DNA of 64,000 nt from Paraspadella gotoi (GCA_051294375.1 CM119270.1:5092152-5156151); one strand, 5' to 3'; shown: positions 13,808 through 23,951, counted from the first letter of the stretch. Notes: generated from the letters alone by a model not told the origin. Translations and numbers: made by a program.

Positions 13808-14380
13808 CGAGAATAATGGGATTGAGATATTGCATAAAATAATAGTTAAGGTGGGGAAAAACCTTGAAATAATTTTTTGTAAAACTTAAGATTCAGATAA
13901 CCTCAGTTTGTATTTGATAAAAAATAGTTACGTAAAAAAAGTCGATTCAATCCTAACCAGTGACCAGCATTGCCGCCAACACCGCAATGACAACGCCACT
14001 CATGCGTCACTGATCCACGTTCCCTGATTTTATCACTTTATTAACGCAACGACGACGACGACGACGACGACAACGACGATGAAAACGAAAAATCAAATCG
14101 AGACGATGAGTTTTACAACCGAGGATAAAATGGACGACGACGACGACGACGACGACGACGTTAAAAAAATTACTCGAAAGTCAAAATAGTTAAACGCTTC
14201 TCGAATTTTTTAAAAAATATAATCAGTAACAATTATGAAAGTAATCAAAAATATTAAGGACCAAAAGCGTCAAGAACTTTTGTTTGTTTATCCTTGTAAC
14301 GAATAAACCACCACGAGAGTCCAGCACGCGCACCGCGTACGAGAAGAAAAAAAAATCGTTCGTACGTTGCGCGTACAGTC

Positions 14381-14446
14381 TCAGTACGGATCGCACATGT
14401 ATCCCCAGTCCGGAACACAGTCTTCGTCCTCTTCTTCGGCGTCCAT
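14381..14446 (-). CDS. Exon 7 (terminal) of the secreted precursor: MDAEEEDEDCVPDWGYMCDPY*
   Basis: Acceptor tttttggttctcag|ATG at 14446; phase 0 matches donor CTG|gtgaga at 14913/14912; TGA at 14381-14383. Confidence 0.75.
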   Translation of the reverse strand: MDAEEEDEDCVPDWGYMCDPY

Positions 14447-14634
14447 CTGAGAACCAAAAAAAAAAAATCATATCAATAAGAAATACTTTCACTTTAAAGT
14501 ATAAACATTGAACAAGCTATAATAACTAAGTAACGAAGAGAAAGAAATTAAAAAAAACTTAAAGGAAGATAAAAAATTACTTAAAAATATCATAAAATAT
14601 AATAAAAAAATTTAAAATTAATAATAATAATAAT

Positions 14635-14732
<98 letters not shown>

Positions 14733-17700
14733 TATTAAAAACTTTAAAAACATTAGAAATATTTAAAAAAAAATTATAAAATAATAAAAATGAAAATGAA
14801 AATAATTTAAAAAAATACTTGAAGGAAAGTTAGAAAATAAATTAGCTAAGTTTAAAAAAAAAACAAAAAACAAAAACAAAAACAAAAACAAAAACAAAAT
14901 TATTTCTCTCACCAGGGCTTTTATTTCCAATCTCATCTCTTCTTCCTTCCTCTCTTTCTCTCTTTCCTTTCCTCCCTCTCCTTCTTCCTCCACGCTCCTC
15001 CTCCTCCTAACTCTCTTCTTCTTCTCCTCCTCCTCCTCTTCATCTCTCTCTTCCTCCACCGCCCGTCTCGTCTTCGCGCGGTGCGACCGCGTCTCGCGCG
15101 CGATCCACGCCTCTCGCGTGTTATCAATGACGCGCAAGATTTTGCTCCGCAAGTCGGCGTTGGGCATCAGCGCCGTTTTCGGTGCGTCGGCCGGCGCGGC
15201 GGCCCGGGCGACGTCGGCAAAGTGCCCGGCCGGACCCGCCGGAATTCCGAAGGGCGAGTTGGCGTCATCGCCAGAGCCCGAAGCGACTTTGGCGTGAGCA
15301 GGAGGGGACGGCGGCTTAGCGGCCGCCGCTTTTTTTTTAGCCGCCGCCTTCTTTGCAGGAGCGGCGGCCTTTACTTTGCGGGCTGGTGCCGCTTGAAAAA
15401 ACAGCCTGGATGCTCTGACCGCATGAGCTTCGGCTGCATCGGCAGAGGCAGCACGTAAAGCTGGTGCCGTCTTGACTTCCGCCTTAGAATTTCCATTGGT
15501 TGGTCCACCACCGCCTCCGGCTGCGCCAGCGCCTCCCGCATTCACGTCAACCACGCCCCCAGATCCTTTTGTCAATGGCGCCGCTGGATCTTCTTTCGCG
15601 TCAGAGGCCGCGACTTTAGGCACCGGAGGAGCTGCCGCTGCATTTCCGGCGTGAAGAGACGCCGGAGCCGGAGCGCCGCCAGCCGTGCTTCCCCCGCTGC
15701 CGGCTAGAGCGCCACCACTGGCAGCAGGAGCCGGTGCGTTATTGCTGGCTGAGTCGGCGGCTGCTGAGGTTTTCGTCGCTTCCTTTGCGGCCTCTGCTGC
15801 AGGCGCAGCTTCTTTCACTCCCGCTGGTGCTGCTTCTTTTGCTGCTGCTGGTGCTGCTTCTTTTGCAGCCGCTGGTGCTGATTCTTTTGCTGCCGCTGTC
15901 ACTGCTTCTTTCGCTGCTGCCGGCGCTGCTTCTTTTGCCGCCGCTGGCGCCGCTTCTTTTGCCGCCGCTGGCGCCGCTTCTTTTGCCGCCGCAGGCGCCG
16001 CTTCTTTTGCCGCTACTGGGGCCGCTTCTTTCGCCGCCACTGGCGCTGCTTCTTTCGCCGCCGCTGGCGCTGATTCTTTCGCCGCCGCTGGCGCTGATTC
16101 TTTCGCCGCCGCTGGCGCTGCTTCTTTTGCAGCTGCTGCCACTGGCGCAACTTCTTTTACAGCTGCTGCCACTGGTGCAAGCTCTTTCACTGCAGTAGCC
16201 GCTGGCGCCGCTTCTTTCGCCACGGCTGGCGCCGCTGCTTTTGCCGCCGCAGGCGCCAATTCTTTCACCGCTGCTGGGGCTGGCGCGGCTTCCTTAGCTA
16301 CTGCTGCACCTGGTACAACTCGTTTCACCGCTGCTGCAATTTGTCCGGCTTCTTTCGCCTCTTCCAATGCATCACTCTTCGCTGCTGCTTGGTTAATCTC
16401 CAGAGCCAACTTCTTTGCCTCGGCCAACGCCGGCGCCTTTTGCGCCTTTTGCGCCGCCTGGGCAGCTTTCTTTGCCGCTTCCGACGCGTGCACCGCTTCC
16501 ACCGCTTCCTTCGTCGCTTCCGCCGCCGACGCCGCCTTCTCTTCCGCCGTCTCCGTCTTCTTTGCGTCGTCCGCTGCTCTGTGAGCTCCGAATCTCTGGC
16601 GGCCCTTTGACATTCCGTCGTCGTAGTAATCGTAGATCTCTTCCGCCTCTTCCCGAGCCCCGTTGTTCCCTTCCCAGGGGAGTTTGTTCGCCTGCTCGTT
16701 CGCCTCCTCGTTCGCTTGATTTTGTTCCTTCTTCTCTTTTCTCTCCATATCGGTGTCGCCCTCGATCGCGTCCCTCTCCAACTGATCGGCGACCGCGTCC
16801 GCTTTCTTTAATTCTTCTTTTTCCATCTCCTTTTCTTTTTCTTTCTCTTTCTCGTCCTTTTCTTCGGCCTCCTTTCCTTCCTTCGTTTCCTTCTTCTTCT
16901 TTTCATTCTCATCCACCTTCATCTTCTCTTCTTTCCCTTCTTCCTCTTTTATCTTCTTCGCCCCTTCCTCCTCCTTTACCTTCTCCTGCTCATTATTCTT
17001 TCCCTTCTCCTTCTCCTCCTTTACCTTCTCCAGCTCATTATTCTTTCCCTTCTCCTTCTCCTCCTTTACCTTCTCCTCGCTCATTATTCTTTCCCTTCTC
17101 CTCCAATACATTCTTTCCTTCTCATTCTTCTCTTCTTTCTCTTTTCCTCTTTCTTCTCATTCGCCTCCTTCCCCTCTTTCTTTTCTACTTCCGCCGTTCC
17201 TTTCTCCTTCTCTCTCTCTTTCTTCTCTTCCTCCTCTTTTTTCTCCTTCTCCTCCTTCTCTTTCTCCTCGCCCTTCTTTTCTTCCTCCTTTTCTACTTTC
17301 TTTTCTTTTACGTCTTTGTTCTCTTCCTCTTTCTCTTCCTTCTTCTCTTCCTCCTTCTTCCCCTCATCCATCTTTTCTTCCTTCTTCTCTTCCTCCTTTT
17401 TCTCCTCATCCTTCTTTTCTTCCTTTTTCTCCTCTTTCTTCTTCCCCTCATCCTCCTTTTCTTCTTTCTTCTCTTCCTTCTTTGCCTCATCCTCCTTCTT
17501 CCCTTCTCCCTCTTTTCCTTCCTTCTCCTTCTCCTTCTCCTCCTTTCCTTCCTCCTCGTTCCCTTTCTCCACCTCTTTCTCTCCCTCCACCCCTTCGTTC
17601 GCCGCCCTAAGGGCTCCGTTTCCTCTCGTCCCTCCCTCTCGCTGCTCCATATCTCCCCTCGACCATTTCCCCCCTTTTCCATTTCCCCCTTTCGCCGTCA

Positions 17701-20700
17701 AGTCTCCCAACTCGTCCTCTTCATCGTCGTAATAATCCGCCAAGTTTCTTAAGCCCGTGTGACCCCCGCCTCCGGCTCCGCCCCCACCCCCGGATCCTGG
17801 GGGCAATTCGGTCGGTTCGTTATGGATGACCTCCTTGAGAGCGTTAAGAACGGAGATGTTCTTGATTTGAAGTTGATGTTCTATTTTGTGTTCAAACTTT
17901 TCAACTTTCTTCTCCGCTTTCTTGTCTTCCTTCTCCTGCTCTTTCCTCGTTTTCTCCTCATTCTTTTTCTCCGCATTTTCCGCTTCTGCCGCGGCTTTTC
18001 CGTCGGCGAACTTGCTCCCGATTTCTCCCTCCGTAAGGGGCAGGAAATGGCCAAAGGGGTAAGACTTGGGTTCGGCGGCGACGCGACTGCCGATGCTCCC
18101 TTGCTTCGCTACTTTGCTTGATTGACCTCCGAAACTAACGGCGCTTTTCGCTTCCAACCCGGCTCCCATACCGTCGCCCATCCCGGCGCTCATTCCGGCG
18201 CCCATCCGTCCGCCCATTTCCATACGGTCGTTGTTCTCAATGTGGGCGGAAACGAGAGGAATGCCGGAATCCAACTGATCCGTCGATCCGGCCGTTCTGG
18301 AATAGAGGGCGGGGGTGAAAAAAAAATTGTTTTCTGCCCTTTTTCTTTCCTTTCCTTTCCTTTCCTTTCCTTTCCTTTCCTTTCCTTTCCTTTCCTTTCC
18401 TTTCCTTTCCTTTCCTTTCCTTTCCTTTCCATCAACTTTTTTTCTTTTCTTTACTCTTCCTTTTCATTTTCTCTTCTGTTTTTGCTTTCATTAAAACTAA
18501 CTGCTTCCCCCTTCCGATATCAACCTGGTCCCAAGATGCGCGGCCGCGACTTGATCGAACCCTTCCAACTCCTTCAACTCCTGCTCGGCGACAATCCGTT
18601 GGGCGGCGAGACCTTCGAAGCTCGTTGACGCCGGAGGAGTCGGGTGCAGAAGGTAGCGCACCATGTCCAAAACGTCGTCGCCGTCCGATGCGGCCAAGAA
18701 AGCGCCCTTCTTTTTCCCCGACGGGTCTTCCATTTCAGCGAGGCGACGCCCGTCTGTTTTGGGCGACGCCACTTGCAAGGGATTGCCCAGGTCTGGAGAG
18801 TAACCCTTGTCTTGTTGGACCGGAGAGGGACCGTCGTCCTTGAAGGCGTTGCTGTCTTGGTTTTCTCCACCGGCCGAATCGCTTCCCCCATTGGCATTTG
18901 CATTATTGCCCGCGTTGGCATTGCCAATAGCTCCAGCGTTAGCATTGGCATTGTTACCCGCATTAGCATTGCCGTTATTCCCCGCATTGGCAGTGTTTCC
19001 AATATTGGCATTGTTGCCGGCATTTGCATAATTTCCCGCATTAACGTTGTTTCCGCCATTAGCAGCGTCAGCTAAAGAAGTTTGAAATTGTTGGTTCCTC
19101 GCCGCAGCAATGGGAGGGAATGGGTTTACCTCTGGCATTTGTCTTATGCCCATTTGCTCTGCTAAGGTAGGGGCTTCTGGGCTGTATGATAAATATGGTG
19201 CTTGTGGTACAGGCTTTGTCAATGGATTTTGCTCACCAGATCGCATATTTTGCATACTCGACGCCTGCAAAGTGCCTGGACCTCGATTCAATCCTTTCAT
19301 CTCTGCATGTGGCGGAGCCCAAGCTGGCGGAGCCCAAGCTGGCGGAGGTGGATTTTCTAAATTAAAGATTTTTTTCGATCCCTTGGGAATTTGTATTCCT
19401 CCAATCATATCCTTTAATCGCAGATGGGGTGCTTGTAGTGAATAATCAAGACGCCCTTGACCATAAGCTGGAACATCGTTTCCGGAAATTCCATTGGCTT
19501 GAAGGTTGTGTCTCTGTCTCTGGTTTTCCGCAGCAGCCGCAGGAGGTAATGGGTTTAACTCTGGCGTTGCTTTTATGCCCATTTGCTCTGCTAAAGTAGG
19601 GGCTTCTGGGCTATATGTTAAATATGGTGCTTGAGGTACAGGCTTTGTCCATGGATTTTGTTCCCCTTCCCGTTTGTTCCCATAGCCAGGGTCTTGCGGC
19701 AAGCCCGGTGCCTGTTCCCTTTCAGCCATTTCGGCCTGATGCGGAGCAGAGAGAGAGCGGCCCAGACCCATTTTCTTTAACGTTCCCGGGGGAAAATGAA
19801 TTCCAATAATTTTATCCTTCATTCTGAAACGAGGTACTCCCGCATGCAGACGTGAAGCCTTGACCGGCTCGGGAACAAAAACCGGGGCCTCCGCTTGTTG
19901 ACCCCTGACAATCCGCGCTCCCGGCTGCGGAGGCCCAAAACCCATTGGCCTGAATCGACTCGCGGGAGCTCTGGGCATCATCATGTCGTCCGCTGATTGA
20001 AAGGGCGCGGCTTCTCGCTCCATAGTCCCTCGCTTCCCCAACCTAAGATCTTCGTTGCCGCGCTCATACTCGTCGCGCTCCGCCGCCACTCTCTCCTCCT
20101 GCTGCTGCTGCTTCGCCAATCTCCTCCGCTGCTCTGCCGCTTCCCGCTCCGCCGCCACTCTCTCCTCCTGTTGCTGCTGCTTCGCCAATCTCCTCCGCTG
20201 CTCCGCCGCTTCCCGCTCCGCCGCCACTCTCTCCTCCTGTTGCTGCTGCTTCGCCAACCTCCTCCGCTGTTCGGCCTCGCGCCTTTCCTCCTCCTGAGCC
20301 GCCAACCTCCTCTGTTCTCTCAACTCTCGCAACACCATCATCCTCTTCATCTCATCCACTTCTTGTTCCTCCGAATCTCGTTCCTCTTCCCTCTGCGCCG
20401 CCAATTTACTTCGTTCTTCATCCGTCAGTTCTTCATCGTCCCGATTCTGCGCCGCGATTCTCCGCCGTTCTTCCTCCCGCTTTTGCTGCGCCAATCTGTT
20501 GTTCCTTTGTTCTTGAGCCTCTCGTTCCGCCTCTTCCTTCCGCAGAGCCGATCTTCTCTGCTGTTCTCTCCTTTGCTCCTCTCTCCTTCGCTGCTCCTCC
20601 CTCCTTTGCGCCTGCTCCCTTCTCTGTTCCTCCCTCCTTTCCTCCCTCCTTCTTTCCTCCATCTCCCTCTCCATCGCTTCGCGATCCTCGTACCCTGGAA

Positions 20701-22372
20701 CCAAGTACCTCGAATCCTCGAAATCTCCCCGATCTTCCTCTCCCTCGGCCAATCTCTTTCCTTCCTTCTCTCGAGTCATCTTCAGATCTTTGTTCAACAT
20801 CGCGAAGGCGTCGTCCTCGTCTCCAGACCCCGTCGCTTTCTTTTCCACTGCGGGGAGGGTGAAGTGAAAAGGTCCAGACGTTGTTTCGTTAATTGTTATT
20901 GTTTTAATTAGATTAATTAAATAATTAAATGATTTAATTTATTTTTAGTTGCGCAGTGGGTTTTTGCAAAGCAACAACTTAAGTCAATATTATTGTATTA
21001 CGAAAAATTACTGATATAGTTAGCTATTAGGACCTAATAAAAAACTTTTGTGAAAATAATACTTATCATTTTTTTTTTAATGTTTTCAAAAAAAAAAAAA
21101 CGAAATAGAAAGCTAAATATTAATCTTAATGCTATAGTCAATGCGAGGCAATACCTTGGAATGATTTATAAAAATATTATTAAAATTTATCTTTTAGAGT
21201 AAACTAAATTGAACCCTTAAAAGCTAACGTTGTCAGTTCCAAACATCTCAACAAAAATCGTCAAAATTCCTTTTGACTTTCGAAAACAACCTCCTCTCCC
21301 CAAAAAAGAACCCACACCTCCAGCCTCCAAGTTGTCTTCAAGGGAGCGCCTCCGCCTCTCCACCCTTTCGTCGCCACCCTCGATCGAGCGCCTCTTCCTG
21401 TCGACGCGCCGATTGTTCACCCAAACGCTGTCCTCCTTCAACGCCTGCATCACCATCTTGTAGAGCGGAGAATTGACGGATTCGAGGTATTGACGCCGCC
21501 TCTCCTCCGGCGTCATCTCGGCGTAGTGACGCCGGAGCTCTTCCGGCGTTGACGGCTCCTTGTTTACGCTGCGTCGGACGCGTGACGAACGCGGCGCGAC
21601 GGGCTGCGGCGGCGGTGGCAGCAGCGCTTCCGATCCGCCGTTGTGTCGCAGCGTCGCAGCGGCGGCAGCGACAGCAGCCTCTCCAGCGTCGATGGCGTCG
21701 TCGCCGCCAGCTTGGAAGACGACGGCCACGAATCCTCTGGAAGGCGGAAGAGAAAGGTCAATAATTCATTTATTTATTCATTCATTCATTCATTCATTCA
21801 TTCATTCATTCATTTCATTTCATTCATTTCATTCATTCATTCATTCATTCATTCATTCATTCATTTCATTCATTCATTCATTCATTCATTCATTCATTCA
21901 CGAATTCTTTCATTCATTCATTCATTCACGAATTCTTTCATTCATTCATTTATTCATTTATTCATTCATTCATTCATTCATTCATTCATTCATTCATTCA
22001 TTCATTCATTCATTCATTTCATTCCTCCAATCACCTTCGCTGGGCTCGTCTCTCCAGCGGAGGCAACTCCGACGTTTCGTAACGTCCAGTTTTACTGTTG
22101 CTGTAATTAGTTTAATAAACTGCTGAAACATAGTCTGTCCCTTATTCTCCTAGTAATCAATCCTCAAACACCTTCTAGGCAAACAGAAACTATTTCTTAT
22201 CGGATGCTTCACGCAAAACGATTTCTTGTTGCAACATCGATGACCTGAGACCCATCGAAAAAAAAACCAAAAACAATCGGAATCATTTAACGAGAAAATG
22301 TTACACTAATTATGCGAGGGCACCTGAGGTCGTTGCCACGAGAACAAGAAACGTCAAATGTAGCAAAATCAT
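14381..22372 (-). CDS. Seven-exon gene for a ~2,125-aa secreted modular low-complexity precursor: complement(join(14381..14446,14913..18296,18525..20847,21318..21736,22035..22100,22172..22244,22324..22372)); net 1-nt frameshift near 17075-17150 as assembled
   Basis: All six introns are GT-AG with phases 1,2,2,1,2,0 that match on both sides. The model joins a signal peptide (MILLHLTFLVLVATTSG) to track ORFs 21217..21729, 18497..20848, 17084..18274 and 14763..17111, and ends ...EIKALMDAEEEDEDCVPDWGYMCDPY*. Exons are GC-rich; the longer introns are AT-rich or microsatellite-filled. Confidence 0.85.
14619..14728. repeat. (AAT)n microsatellite in intron 6
   Basis: Long trinucleotide run between exons 6 and 7. 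Confidence 0.95.
14913..18296 (-). CDS. Exon 6: Met-Gly repeat, Glu/Lys polyampholyte, (AAKEAAPA)n array, Gly/Ala/Pro region and polybasic cleavage sites
   Basis: Acceptor ctctattccag|A at 18296 (phase 2). Covers ORFs 17084..18274 and 14763..17111, which differ by one frame. Donor CTG|gtgaga. Confidence 0.85.
18345..18430. repeat. (TTTCC)n pentanucleotide repeat in intron 5
   Basis: Perfect run inside intron 18297-18524. Confidence 0.95.
18525..20847 (-). CDS. Exon 5: E/R/Q-rich helix with 23-aa repeats, duplicated Pro/Gln module and Asn-Ala-Gly repeats
   Basis: Acceptor ccctccccgcag|TG at 20847 (phase 1), donor ACCAG|gttgat at 18525/18524 (phase 2); lies within the 783-codon ORF 18497..20848. 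Confidence 0.9.
21318..21736 (-). CDS. Exon 4: pro-region with three furin-type sites (RVRR|S, RKRR|S, RRRR|S)
   Basis: Acceptor ttctcttccgccttccag|A at 21736 and donor GGAG|gtgtgg at 21318/21317; in frame with ORF 21217..21729. Confidence 0.85.
21763..22024. repeat. (ATTC)n microsatellite filling intron 3
   Basis: Tetranucleotide run between exons 3 and 4. Confidence 0.95.
22035..22372 (-). CDS. Exons 1-3 (22324..22372, 22172..22244, 22035..22100): signal peptide, CC-C-C micro-domain and linker
   Basis: Translates MILLHLTFLVLVATTSG / HRCCNKKSFCVKHPIRNSFCLPRS / NSKTGRYETSELPPLERRAQRR. The 79- and 71-nt GT-AG introns have matching phases. These exons are too short to appear in the ORF track. 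Confidence 0.75.
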
Positions 22373-23243
22373 TTCGGCGGGATACGAAAAAAACCGCATC
22401 CCTTAGTAAGACGAACATAAACGAGTAGCGGGAAAATCCAAACCCAAGTTTTAAAAAGTTTTTATCTCGGTTAGAAGTTGCGCGAAAATTTAGAAGAATT
22501 TATTCTCGAATTAAGCGAGGTTGATAAAATCATTATTTAGTGGGCACAAAAGGAAAAAAGGAAAGAAAGAAATACTAATTAAAAAAATATAAAACGATCA
22601 AAAGTCAGAGAAACGAACAAGCGAAAAAGAACAAAAAACCCAAAAAAATCAAGAAACAATGTAAAGAAAATAAAAAAACAAAGGAAATATCGCTTTCTCC
22701 TTTCTCCTTTCTTTTTCCTTTCTTTTCTACCCCTATTTCCCCCCCCCCTTTTTATTCCGGCCACTTTCTCCGAAAACAAAGACAAACGGAAGTCGGTCGA
22801 TGCGTAGCCTTTGTTTCGTCCCTCAGTCCGTCCATCAGTTTCGTCTTTCTCGGTCAAGTCTTTGTTCTCCTTGAAGTTTGTCCTCAAGGCGACCTCGAGG
22901 CGGACGCACACTGTCGGACAATCACTGTCAACACCCTCGCCGCTCTTCCCCCCCCCTTAACGCACCCTCAACACCCTCCTTTCCGCCGGTCGACCGCAGT
23001 CGTCGCCATCGACTGCTCTTTTTTTGGGCATCAAATTACTTTGTCTCTTTTGGTCGCGTTCCCTTCATTAGGCGGGTCACTGAGTTCCCCGAAGTCGGCG
23101 TTGACACTCCGTCTAGGGATAGACTTACCAACTCCTTGTAACTGATTTATTATGATGTTAGGCGTTACGTTATTCGTTTTTGTGCCTTTTTTTTAGCTGC
23201 TTGTGTGTCTGGGCACGATAATGACCCTGTGAGGGAATGAAAA

Positions 23244-23291
<48 letters not shown>

Positions 23292-23859
23292 AAAAAAACA
23301 AGATCGGTCCCTCAAATGTGTTGCACTGCAGTCACTTCCCTGTGGTCACATGACTAGAAAATTTATATATACCAAATGTCTTTATATGTATTATATTTGT
23401 ATTTATGGCACACACTGCATTGGAATTCCGTCTTTTATTCTTTGTAGTTTTAGAATTTCCTGAAAGTGGCGCTGGCAATCTCTTAGATAGGAATTTTTAC
23501 TGTCTTAACTCAAGAGCAACTATAGCGAGTTATGAGCAATTTTAACAAAAGTGGGACATACCGACCCACCGACCGACCGACAGAAAAACCGAAAGAAAGA
23601 AAGAAAGAAAGAAAGAAAGGAAAACTATGTAAAGAAAAAGACACAAAGAAACAAATAATGATTTCTGACCAAACAACCTGAAGCTTTTGTTCCACTAGTC
23701 TCTGGTCATAAACTGTCTTTTTGGTCAAGAGTTTTATTGGTAAATGTGACAAGGGAAGCCATATCCAAAAGCTATTGTCATTTTGTACGTGCATGTGACG
23801 CCAAAGAGATAATTCAGGTATTTCCTATTACTAATAAGGAAAAGGAAAAGGAAAGAAAT

Positions 23860-23869
23860 AGAAAGAGAT

Positions 23870-23951
<82 letters not shown>

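Noticed and set aside
14406-14419. 14-bp match cagtccggaacaca shared with ~61946
   Set aside because: Isolated short match with no flanking similarity; chance.
14763-14912. Hydrophobic tail VREIILFLFLF... suggesting a transmembrane anchor on the large protein
   Set aside because: Read-through into intron 6 past the donor CTG|gtgaga; it is an (AAAAAC)n repeat.
17075-17150. Programmed ribosomal frameshift
   Set aside because: No downstream structure is evident in this purine-only tract; indel errors explain it and are common in this assembly.
15081-17752. Plus-strand ORFs of 299 and 445 aa (AAAGAASF repeats; Pro/Leu/Phe-rich)
   Set aside because: Antisense shadows of the minus-strand exon 6.
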